Positions 51,745 to 60,346 of a DNA stretch of 64,000 nucleotides are shown here, one piece after another. The stretch is taken from assembly GCA_021781955.1 (NCBI GenBank), contig JAJXVV010000002.1, forward strand, positions 10,730-74,729. The letters are read 5' to 3'. A program made the position numbers and the translations under genes. The stretch comes from a bacterium (GTDB lineage Bacteria; Patescibacteriota; Minisyncoccia; Phycocordibacterales; UBA2100). The notes beneath the pieces are model-generated. The model saw only the letters and a program-made list of their open reading frames with translations, ran no database searches and had not been told where the DNA came from. Positions within the stretch are counted from its first letter, which is position 1, and the number at the start of each line of letters is the position of its first letter.

Positions 51745-51881
51745 AGTAATGGCGATTTAGGTTCTTGTAATGTCGCTCGTAGAAATAGGGTGAAATCTCA
51801 CCAAACGAAAAATGCTTGGCTGTTCTGCCAAGCGATTGCGGGCTATTTGCGATGCCAGTGATTTAGGGTGAAATCACTGCG

Positions 51882-53711
51882 CTACTCGTCTTCAGTCAAA
51901 AGTTCATACCGCTCGCGGGGCGAGCCGCTTTCTGTGCTGGGTGGGATGAGAGCGATTTTTATCCTGTAGGTGCGGCTGTCAGTCGGCTCGTGGAACGGGT
52001 CGGTATCGTTTTTGAAAATCGCCTTGAGGCGGCTTGCGAGCTGGAGTTTGTGCTGCTTTATGGTGTCGGGGATTGGAGTAGGCAGCGGCTTCGTCTCACC
52101 GTTGTTCCGCGCCAAGCCGAGCAAGAACGCCCATGCGCTATTTGGTTTGCTACGTTTTTCGTCGGAGAAACCGAGCGCTTCGTAATCAACCGATACCTGT
52201 TCCTTCTTGTCGGCCGTGATGAGCACGTTTCGCTCGTCAATAAAGCGTATCGTTATCTTTGCCCACTCGGTCGGCTTGAACTTGGGTAGGTGCAAACGCT
52301 TGTTGCCTTTTACGATTGGTGCATCGTCCAAATTGCGTACCTGCAACTCGGGCATTTTCGTTATTTCAAGTTTGACGGTCGGCTCGGTTTTAGCTGCATC
52401 TGCACCTTTGCGTTGCGCCGCGATTTTGGACAGGTGAAGCATCGCGTCTCCGATAACTTCCTGTATCTTGGGATCAGAAATCACCTCGGGCGAACCTGCG
52501 GTCTGGCACACGTCCTCTATTCGCCCGAGCACCGCGTTCATCTCGGGTCGTATTTCATCCCAGTGCATCCGCCGACCGTTTTTCTTGAAATCAAGCTCTG
52601 CCGAATACAAGCTCCCGAACGGTATGCCAAAGTTATTTTTCTTATATTCGTCGAAACTGAACACCTCAAACTCGCTGCCATCGCCGCAAAAATCCTTCAG
52701 TTCATCGGCGACTACCTTTGCCAGTTCACCGTAAGCAGTGTTCAGTTCGCGCGATGGCGCAGTCGGGTCCGCGCAAAACGAGGAAACAATGGCTATCAGG
52801 GTCTTGTACGCTTCACGCACAACCGCCAAATGCTCGGCTGCTTTTGGTTGGCGTAGCATGTTCGTTTCGTACTCAACTTGCTCGCTGTACCTCTCGGCCT
52901 CCTCGATGGGGGCATACATCGTCCCACTTACTTCCAAGATGGCTTCCGAGACCTTGAAATCGGGCGGTGCCGCCGCACGCTCTGATTTCTGACGTTCCTC
53001 GGTCGGCTTTACGGGCGGAGCGATTTTCTTTCTCTCCGCCGTGGGTGCTAACTTATATCCGTCGCCGTCGTCCGCAACGGTAATCTCGTAGCCGTCGTAT
53101 TTGAGATACTTGTTGAAATCATCTATGAGTTGGCCGCTTACGCTCTCATCTGCGTTGAAGTTGAGTGGATGCAAGAATGTCGTGATAGCACCACCGAACT
53201 TTTCGCGCTGCTCGGGATTAGGCGAGGTCGCGAGGGCAAGAAACATATTCTGCAACGTGCGCCACTTCGTGTCGGGGTACGGGATGTCGGCGCGAGGGAT
53301 GCCGTAATCAAGCAGTGCGTCTACAAGCTGCGTTCCCGTAAAAGTATCGGCGAGCTTGCGGGCTATGTGCTCAAGCGTCTTGAGCTTTACGGGCGACGGA
53401 TGCGGAGGGAACACCTCCATGAATACACTGTCTTTTTTCTGTTCCAAAATCTTGATGAGCTTCTGCTTTTCCAACTGCTGGAGAATGTCTATCTGCTCAT
53501 CTACGGTCATAACGACCACGCTTTTCCTCGGGTTCTTGCTTGTACTCTCGACGCTCTCCCCGTTCGCAAACGCGGCAAAGAAATCGTCAAGGTCGCTGCC
53601 AATCTCCTGTTCTACGGGAAGCAGTCGGTAATCGGCAAAGCCCAAGCCATTCAGCCTCTCTTTTTCATACACGCGCTCGCGAACCCACTTTATTTTCTCG
53701 TCGGTAGTCAT
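51882..53711 (-). CDS. Multidomain hypothetical protein (AbiJ-N-like segment, possible C-terminal wHTH)
   Basis: TGTQLVD.L...G.....PDTKWR.L...FNKYLKYDGYEI segment; 609-aa ORF. Confidence 0.55.
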   Translation of the reverse strand: MTTDEKIKWVRERVYEKERLNGLGFADYRLLPVEQEIGSDLDDFFAAFANGESVESTSKNPRKSVVVMTVDEQIDILQQLEKQKLIKILEQKKDSVFMEVFPPHPSPVKLKTLEHIARKLADTFTGTQLVDALLDYGIPRADIPYPDTKWRTLQNMFLALATSPNPEQREKFGGAITTFLHPLNFNADESVSGQLIDDFNKYLKYDGYEITVADDGDGYKLAPTAERKKIAPPVKPTEERQKSERAAAPPDFKVSEAILEVSGTMYAPIEEAERYSEQVEYETNMLRQPKAAEHLAVVREAYKTLIAIVSSFCADPTAPSRELNTAYGELAKVVADELKDFCGDGSEFEVFSFDEYKKNNFGIPFGSLYSAELDFKKNGRRMHWDEIRPEMNAVLGRIEDVCQTAGSPEVISDPKIQEVIGDAMLHLSKIAAQRKGADAAKTEPTVKLEITKMPELQVRNLDDAPIVKGNKRLHLPKFKPTEWAKITIRFIDERNVLITADKKEQVSVDYEALGFSDEKRSKPNSAWAFLLGLARNNGETKPLPTPIPDTIKQHKLQLASRLKAIFKNDTDPFHEPTDSRTYRIKIALIPPSTESGSPRERYELLTEDE

Positions 53712-53958
53712 AGTAATCGTAATGTCCGTAAACTGTACTCTTTGTCTGCATCCCTTTCAATGAGCATGGCGCTTTGGGCAGCAACGCCATATCTGTATAA
53801 CCAAAACGCTTTCGCAGGAGGGTATGATGCGCCGCCTTCAAAAAGACGCTATGATGAAAACACCCAATAAAACAGTATGAGCGGATAAACCATTACATGC
53901 GCCTAAACCTGTGCTGAAAAGCGAGGCATGGCATAAAAATCCACTGCGACATAGAGAC

Positions 53959-54049
53959 GGGCACCCGCCTGCTCACATGTCGCAGTGGTCATAGGTCGAA
54001 AGGCCTGTGTGCGGTCGGAAACGGCCGCGAGCAGAGCGGATGCCCTTTT
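53959..54049 (+). ncRNA. Candidate C4-like cis-antisense structured RNA upstream of mod
   Basis: Closing stem, two GAAA tetraloop hairpins, and a 15-nt linker complementary to flanking CCACTGCGACA boxes. Confidence 0.65.
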
Positions 54050-54093
54050 CTGTGCGTTTTGCTCTGTTAGTTAGTAGAAACCACTGCGACAAA

Positions 54094-55890
54094 ATGAAAA
54101 ACCAGAGCATTACGATTGCCCAATCAAAAGGGCGGCCGCTTCTCCAATGGGTCGGTAAAAAACCTCTTGAGAGTGTCGAGTTTTATCCCGCGCAAGAAAA
54201 AGAGATTTACGGCGACAAGAACGCTCGCGATTTCGGTAAACTTTTTTGGGGCGACAATCTGCAAGTGCTTTCGCACTTGCTCAAGGAATATCGCGGTGCG
54301 ATTGACCTCATTTATATTGACCCACCGTTCGACAGCAAGGCAGATTATGTGAAGCGCGTCCAGTTGCGTGGCGAGCGCATGGAGGGAACGCAGCAGAGCT
54401 TGATAGAGGAGAAGCAGTACACGGACATCTGGGAAAAGGATGAGTATTTGCAGTTCATATATGAGCGATTTCTGCTGATGCGCGAACTTCTGTCGGATAG
54501 CGGGAGCATATTCGTTCATGTGGATTGGCACAAAAGCTCCTATATCAGATTGATACTGGATGAGGTATTTGGGGCAGACCGATTTGTGAATGAAATCATC
54601 TGGCACTACGCCGATAACTTTCAGGGGAATGTAAGAGGGTTTGCCACGAACCACAACAACATTTTTTGGTACTCAAAAAATGAGAGCTATACGGCCAACA
54701 AGGTGATGGTGGATTTGGGCAAAACCATCAAGCGGGATAAGCGCGTATGGTCGAGAGAAAAACAAACGCTGGTTGCGGCTCGGGATGAAAACGGGAAAAT
54801 CATCTATCAGGACTTTACTGAAAAGAAAGCCGACGACGTTTGGGAAATAGGTCAAAGCTCGACTACGAAGTCGGCGAGCGCCGAGTATCTGGGCTATCCA
54901 ACGCAGAAGCCAGAAGCGCTCCTTGAGCGCATCATACGGGCGGCATCGAATGAAGGAGACCTCGTGGCGGATTTTTTCGTCGGCTCTGGCACGACCTGCG
55001 CTGTCGCCCAGAAGCTCGGGCGCAAATGGATTGGGTGCGACATCAACCTTGGTGCAATACAGACGAGCACAAAGCGACTCAACCAAATCATCGCGGGTCA
55101 GCTCGAAAACAGAACGCTGGATTTCAGGGGCTCGCTCGGTTTCAAGGTATTCAACGTGAACGATTACGACGTGTTCAAAAACGAGTTGGAGGCCAAAGAA
55201 ATCGTGATGGAAATGTATGGGGTCGAGCCAGTGAAGCGTACCTATTTTGACGGCATCCTCGATAAGAACTTCGTAAAGGTGATGCCACTCAACCGTGTGC
55301 TCAACAAAATGGACATCCGTACCTTGCTCAAAACGGTCTCCGAAAAAATGGACACCTTTACCGTCAAGGCGAAATCGAAGTCAGGCGAACCATTATACGA
55401 AGAAGGCGTGTTGATGATTTGCTCGGGCATGGAGCTGGATGTTTTGGACTTCTTGAAAAAGGAAAACAAGACAGGCGTGAGAATAGAGGTGCGCGATATT
55501 CTCATTGATAAGCAAAATCTCATCTTCAAGAAAAAGCCCGAAGCGAGGATTGACGCGCAGATGAAAGACGGAAAGCTCATCGTCGAGTTGAAGGATTTTT
55601 ATTCACCGATACTGATGCGTAAGTTGGAGATTGAAAATGGGAAAGCGCTCAAAAAGGCGACGCGGGCAAAAGTCGGCGACTTCAAGCAAATCATTGATAG
55701 CGTCGCCATTGACGTGGACTATGACGGCAAGCTGTTCAATGCCGAGAAGATGGACTTGCCAGAAAGGGGTGAAGTTATCGCCGCAAAGTATTCATGGGAT
55801 TACGCAAAGAAGGGCAAGCACTGCATTGCCGTGAAAATCATTGATGTGCTCGGCGAGGAGTATTTTGAGACCTTCGAGGTGAGCGCATAG
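54094..55890 (+). CDS. mod: Type III-like R-M DNA methyltransferase (beta class)
   Basis: GDNL, IYIDPPF, YPTQKPE.LL, DFFVGSGTT. Confidence 0.9.
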   Translation: MKNQSITIAQSKGRPLLQWVGKKPLESVEFYPAQEKEIYGDKNARDFGKLFWGDNLQVLSHLLKEYRGAIDLIYIDPPFDSKADYVKRVQLRGERMEGTQQSLIEEKQYTDIWEKDEYLQFIYERFLLMRELLSDSGSIFVHVDWHKSSYIRLILDEVFGADRFVNEIIWHYADNFQGNVRGFATNHNNIFWYSKNESYTANKVMVDLGKTIKRDKRVWSREKQTLVAARDENGKIIYQDFTEKKADDVWEIGQSSTTKSASAEYLGYPTQKPEALLERIIRAASNEGDLVADFFVGSGTTCAVAQKLGRKWIGCDINLGAIQTSTKRLNQIIAGQLENRTLDFRGSLGFKVFNVNDYDVFKNELEAKEIVMEMYGVEPVKRTYFDGILDKNFVKVMPLNRVLNKMDIRTLLKTVSEKMDTFTVKAKSKSGEPLYEEGVLMICSGMELDVLDFLKKENKTGVRIEVRDILIDKQNLIFKKKPEARIDAQMKDGKLIVELKDFYSPILMRKLEIENGKALKKATRAKVGDFKQIIDSVAIDVDYDGKLFNAEKMDLPERGEVIAAKYSWDYAKKGKHCIAVKIIDVLGEEYFETFEVSA

Positions 55891-55895
55891 TCGCT

Positions 55896-58433
55896 ATGGA
55901 TACTCTCTTTCTCCAAGCAATCCAAAAGCAGGTCGCACAGTGGCGCGACGGCGACTATAGAGGCATTGAGCATGAAACCCGCAACATTCTCTCGCACATA
56001 AAACGTGTCGCGTTTTTGCATCTGCCACAGATTGAAGCTCTGGAAACATACATTTACCTCAAAGAGGTCGTAGGCAACAAACCATCACTTGAGGTATTTC
56101 GGTCCTCATTCGATAGCGAGCTTGAGCTTATACGCGCACTCGGCGTATCGGATAAACTCGCACTTGAGCTTGTGTACGACAAAGAAAAGGACGCAAAAAT
56201 ACAGGCGGCTTTGGAGGAGAAGTTTGGGCGTCTCGATTACGCCAATCAAGTGTACGCACTTACCATGGGTTCAGGCAAAACCATCTTGATGGCTGTAATG
56301 ATGCTCTACGATTTCGTGCTCTCGTACTATCATCCGACGGACGTGCGGTTTGCAAAAAATGCTCTGGTATTTGCTCCCGATACGACCATCATAGAGAGTT
56401 TGAAGGAGATAAAATCGTTCGATTACGCGAAGGTGCTGCCGAAGGAATATGGCGTCGTGCTGCTGAATACCAAATACCACTACCTCGAAAGCACGAGTAC
56501 GCCGCTCCTGCCAATCGGCAACTATAATGTCATTGTCTCAAACTCCCAGAAAATCATCCTCAAGACACGAACCGAAAACCGAAACGGCACGAGTCGTCTT
56601 TTCGGCGATAAGAACGAGCTTGAGCGTCGCGAGGTTGAGAACAGCCGCTTACAGGCGATACGGCAACTATCGCAACTGATGATTTTCGTGGATGAAGCGC
56701 ATCACTCCTACGGCCAGACGCTCGAAGGAACGCTCAAGAAAACGCGACAGACGATTGATTACCTGCATCAGAATACGCCTCTCGTTGCTGTCGTAAATCT
56801 CACGGGTACGCCGTATGTAAATAACGAGATGATTGCTGATGTCGTCTACCACTTCGGTCTCAAGGCGGGTATCGAGCGCGGGATACTCAAGCAGGTTCGC
56901 ATCTTGGATTACGGCAACGTGCGCTCGCAAAAGTTCTTGGAGGAAGTGGTTGATACTTTCGTTGCGGAGTATGGGGAGTGGCGGCTCGAAGGGCGTTTGC
57001 CGAAAATGGCTTTTTACGCAGCGAACATCGCAGACCTGCGACAGGATTTGAAACCGAAGCTGGAGCGCATACTTGCCGAGAAAGGCATCCCACTCGATAC
57101 GGTTCTTGAGTACCATACAGATGCCGAAGAAAACGCCGATGAGTTTCGCAGCTTGGATACGGGCGAAAGCAAAAAGCAGTTCGTCCTGCTTGTCGGCAAG
57201 GGCACGGAAGGATGGAACTGCCGCTCACTCGTTGCAGTCGCACTATACAAAAAACCAAAAAGCACCATTCTCGTGCTTCAATCAACGACGCGCTGCTTGC
57301 GTTCTATAGGCGACAACTCGACGCGGGCGCACATCTTTCTCTCTACCGAGAACTACAAGATACTTGACCGCGAACTGAAAAATAACTTTGCCACGAGTGC
57401 AAGCGAGCTTTCTTCGCAGGACCAGAAAACGGTCGAGCATACTCTCAAGATAGAGAAGCGGAGAACCGTCAAGGTGAAAAAGACATTGAAAGATGTGCTG
57501 GCCGTTCAGAGCGCGGACATGGGCAGTATTCGTATTGATTTCAAGAAGTTCAAACCCGAACTTTACCGCGCGTATGTGAGCGAGGGCGGGATTTTTATCG
57601 GTGAGGAGGGACGAGCGGGGTATCAGGAGACGAAGGCCGTGCGCGGCATCCAAGAGGAAAACGACCTGACTTTTTACGAGATTGTTGGGGTCATAAATCG
57701 TCAAACGCACCTGCCCTGTATTGCTATCGAAAGCGTAATCGTTGGAAGCGGAAAAGAGCGAAACGTATTCGCGAAAGAGGTGAATAAAAATCCCGCGCTC
57801 GTTGCGTTTGCGATACAGGAAATACTCAAGAGCGCCTATCAGTACGAGGAGAGAACCGAGGTTATCGAGGAGGTGCTGGAGCTTACAAAACTGTACCCGT
57901 TCAAAATCAGCGTTCAGCAAAATAGGAACGCTCTTATTGTGTACCGCGAGACCGAGGAGCAGGAAGGCCATAAAGGGCGGCTCGGCTTCCACATCAATCC
58001 GTACAACTTTGATAGCGCAGACGAGAAAGAGTTGTTTCGCTATCTGCGCGGCGTACTCAACACGCGAGAGAGTATCAAAGAAATCTACTTTACGGGCGGC
58101 GCGACCGATACCACACATAACGATTTTTACTTCGAGTATTGGAGTCCCGAAAAACAACGCGTCGCCCGATACTTTCCCGATTTTCTCGTTGAGACGACGA
58201 AAGGCAGGTATTTGGTGGTTGAAACGAAAAGCCCTGCGGAGCGAGCCGACTACGAAGCCAACAAGCGTTCCTATAACGGCAAACTTGAACAGCTCACCAA
58301 TGAGGTGCTCGCAAAAGAGCTTGGCTTCCGTGCGTTCCAAGAAGCGAATAAGGATTTTGAGTATCGCATCACGTTCAACGCAGTACTCCAGCGGGAGCAG
58401 GTAGAGTTGTTTGAAGAGATTGAGCACCTATAA
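55896..58433 (+). CDS. res: Type III-like restriction subunit (DEAH helicase plus PD-(D/E)xK nuclease)
   Basis: MGSGKT, DEAHH, TGTP, EGWN, YFPDF...VETK. Confidence 0.88.
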   Translation: MDTLFLQAIQKQVAQWRDGDYRGIEHETRNILSHIKRVAFLHLPQIEALETYIYLKEVVGNKPSLEVFRSSFDSELELIRALGVSDKLALELVYDKEKDAKIQAALEEKFGRLDYANQVYALTMGSGKTILMAVMMLYDFVLSYYHPTDVRFAKNALVFAPDTTIIESLKEIKSFDYAKVLPKEYGVVLLNTKYHYLESTSTPLLPIGNYNVIVSNSQKIILKTRTENRNGTSRLFGDKNELERREVENSRLQAIRQLSQLMIFVDEAHHSYGQTLEGTLKKTRQTIDYLHQNTPLVAVVNLTGTPYVNNEMIADVVYHFGLKAGIERGILKQVRILDYGNVRSQKFLEEVVDTFVAEYGEWRLEGRLPKMAFYAANIADLRQDLKPKLERILAEKGIPLDTVLEYHTDAEENADEFRSLDTGESKKQFVLLVGKGTEGWNCRSLVAVALYKKPKSTILVLQSTTRCLRSIGDNSTRAHIFLSTENYKILDRELKNNFATSASELSSQDQKTVEHTLKIEKRRTVKVKKTLKDVLAVQSADMGSIRIDFKKFKPELYRAYVSEGGIFIGEEGRAGYQETKAVRGIQEENDLTFYEIVGVINRQTHLPCIAIESVIVGSGKERNVFAKEVNKNPALVAFAIQEILKSAYQYEERTEVIEEVLELTKLYPFKISVQQNRNALIVYRETEEQEGHKGRLGFHINPYNFDSADEKELFRYLRGVLNTRESIKEIYFTGGATDTTHNDFYFEYWSPEKQRVARYFPDFLVETTKGRYLVVETKSPAERADYEANKRSYNGKLEQLTNEVLAKELGFRAFQEANKDFEYRITFNAVLQREQVELFEEIEHL

Positions 58434-58541
58434 CTCGCATGGCCGACGAAAAAATAGATACGCCTTTGGATGAAAAAGATATAGCAGAGCTTGCAGAGAT
58501 TTTTGACCTGCTCGCGCAATGGGATGTCGAGGACAAACGCG

Positions 58542-58742
58542 ATGAGCGAAATAAATCCTGATATGCTCTCGATAGAGGATTTGCGAAAGACGCTCCTCGA
58601 CGAGGAAAGGTATAAGTACACCGATGAGGAGTTGAGGAAAATCAACACACTTCTCGATGCGCTCGCGGACGTGATTTTCGATAAATGGCTCGCCGAAAGA
58701 AACAGCAAGAAGGCCAAAAAAGAGGGAACGGTAAATCATTGA
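58542..58742 (+). CDS. Small hypothetical protein
   Basis: 66-aa helical ORF, YTDEEL..I...LD.LADVIFDKW. Confidence 0.55.
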   Translation: MSEINPDMLSIEDLRKTLLDEERYKYTDEELRKINTLLDALADVIFDKWLAERNSKKAKKEGTVNH

Positions 58743-58766
58743 CACCACGCCCAAATGTAGTATAAT
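58739..58766 (+). promoter_or_regulatory. Consensus sigma70 promoter of the DGR target gene
   Basis: TTGACA-N16-TATAAT. Confidence 0.75.
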
Positions 58767-58924
58767 GCTATGCGGTTCTTTGATATTCAACTTGCGTTTG
58801 CCACAGCAGAAAGCAGCTCATCTTTGGGCTTCTCCCTGCTATGGCAAACTCTCAAACACGAGAGCGCCCGCTGGCAGAGCAACACGTTCGCAAGAACACG
58901 TTGCACATACACGAGGAACACGTC

Positions 58925-59494
58925 ATGGCTGACACGTTCGTCATGTCTACCCGCCAAGCGGCGGAACTGGACTACGCCTTCGAGCGGAACGGTTGGACGC
59001 CCGCAGAGGTCAAGCAGCTTTCGAGCGGCGGACTTCTCGCGGACTTCCGCAAGGTTCTGCTCGGCCACGCGGTCATCTCGGTGCCCGAGCACTTGATTGA
59101 CCTCGACGCCGACCCGTTCGTTCCGAACGGCTGGAAGGTCGAGGAGCACCAGAAAGGCGGCCAGTTCAAATGGGACGCCACCAAGGTGAAGCTCCATCTC
59201 TCCAAGAAGCAGCAAGGCGGCAAAGTACTGGAAGGCAATAAGCTCCGCGAGGAACTGAAAGGCCAACCCGTCTACAATGCCAATCTGCTCGACTACCTGC
59301 TCAAGAACCCGCACCTCATTCCCGAGGAGTGGAAGAGCAAGTATGTCTTCTTCTGGGGGACGGTCTACCGCGGCTCGGACGGCGACCTCTGCGTTCGCTG
59401 CCTCTGCTGGAGCGGCGGCGGGTGGCGCTGGGGCTACGGCTGGCTCGGCAGCGACTGGTACGGGAACGACCCCGCTGCGGTGCCCGCAAGTTGA
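58925..59494 (+). CDS. DGR target protein with C-terminal variable region
   Basis: 3' end matches the TR; GAGGA before ATG 58925 (alternative start 58841); no signal peptide or TM. Confidence 0.88.
   Translation: MADTFVMSTRQAAELDYAFERNGWTPAEVKQLSSGGLLADFRKVLLGHAVISVPEHLIDLDADPFVPNGWKVEEHQKGGQFKWDATKVKLHLSKKQQGGKVLEGNKLREELKGQPVYNANLLDYLLKNPHLIPEEWKSKYVFFWGTVYRGSDGDLCVRCLCWSGGGWRWGYGWLGSDWYGNDPAAVPAS
59365..59489 (+). repeat. DGR variable repeat (VR)
   Basis: 125-bp ungapped match to the TR; 21 mismatches, all at TR adenines. Confidence 0.95.
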
Positions 59495-59547
59495 ACTATG
59501 GACTTGGTGCCTTGGGTTTTGTTTGACCCTTTGCACCTTGCCCTTTG

Positions 59548-59588
59548 CCCCGCGTTGTCTGAAATATGACAGCGCGGGGTTTTGTTTT
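59548..59588 (+). terminator. Hairpin after the VR (terminator and/or DGR homing hairpin)
   Basis: CCCCGCGTTGTC-N8-GACAGCGCGGGG followed by a T-tract. Confidence 0.7.
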
Positions 59589-59820
59589 GATACAATCCGA
59601 AGCGGAAGTAGGTGAATACGCGGGCGACCACGGTTTCCCGCTACCGAACCCAGTACCCATACATCGAGAGCATCTCCGATTACGGTTTGAGATGGAGTGG
59701 TGGATGGGGCACTACAAAAAGTGAAATAACTTGGTGTGGGGTGCTATGCGAGTTTCGCTCGCGGATACGATACAGCCCGAGACCTCCAATCGGGCAGTGG
59801 CACGGACGGCATCTCATACG

Positions 59821-59945
59821 CAACCGCAACTCGGACGGCGACCTCTACGTTCGCTACCTCTACTGGAACGGCGACAGGTGGAACTGGAACAACAACTGGC
59901 TCGACAACGACTGGAACGAGAACAACCCCGCTGCGGTGCCCGCAA
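59821..59945 (+). repeat. DGR template repeat (TR)
   Basis: 11 AAC codons in the target frame; GC-rich 3' end CCCCGCTGCGGTGCCCGCAA shared with the VR. Confidence 0.95.
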
Positions 59946-59966
59946 CTCGCCTCACTTCTCACCCCG

Positions 59967-60314
59967 CTACTTGGCGGGGTTGAGTTTTGTAAGCTGGCCG
60001 TTCCAGCCGCCGAGCATCTTGCCGACCTCTTCCACTCTCACAGAGAGCGCGGCATATTTTCTGTTGTCGAGCGATTTCGTTTCCCAGAGCACCATGAGGA
60101 GCACTTTCAGCGTGTCCGTCTTCCTGATTGCGAGCCGCACATACGGCCGCTTCTCGTCGCGTGCAAGAAAGCTGGCAGATGCTATCGTTTCCATGATTTC
60201 CACAAACAATGTATCAACGCGCTGTCCAAGTGAGTGTCTGTGAGCTTTCGGTAAGGCCTGATAGTAGCCGTACCACATCAAGTACGCGCTTTTTACTTTC
60301 TGTAGCAACGGCAA
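59967..60314 (-). CDS. avd: Avd-like four-helix bundle accessory protein; 5' end possibly frameshifted at a C12 tract
   Basis: LPK.HR.SLG.R, EVGKMLGGW motifs; lies between TR and RT. Confidence 0.82.
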   Translation of the reverse strand: MPLLQKVKSAYLMWYGYYQALPKAHRHSLGQRVDTLFVEIMETIASASFLARDEKRPYVRLAIRKTDTLKVLLMVLWETKSLDNRKYAALSVRVEEVGKMLGGWNGQLTKLNPAK

Positions 60315-60321
60315 GAGCCGC

Positions 60322-60333
60322 GGGGGGGGGGGG
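60322..60333. repeat. G12 homopolymer
   Basis: 12 consecutive G between the avd body and the RT start. Confidence 0.9.
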
Positions 60334-60346
60334 TGGCTTCAATGAT

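Noticed and set aside
58787-60243. ORFs spanning or antisense to VR/TR (58787-59536, 59612-59983, 59731-60243)
   Set aside because: Explained by the TR being a stop-free copy of the VR and by shadows of the target and avd
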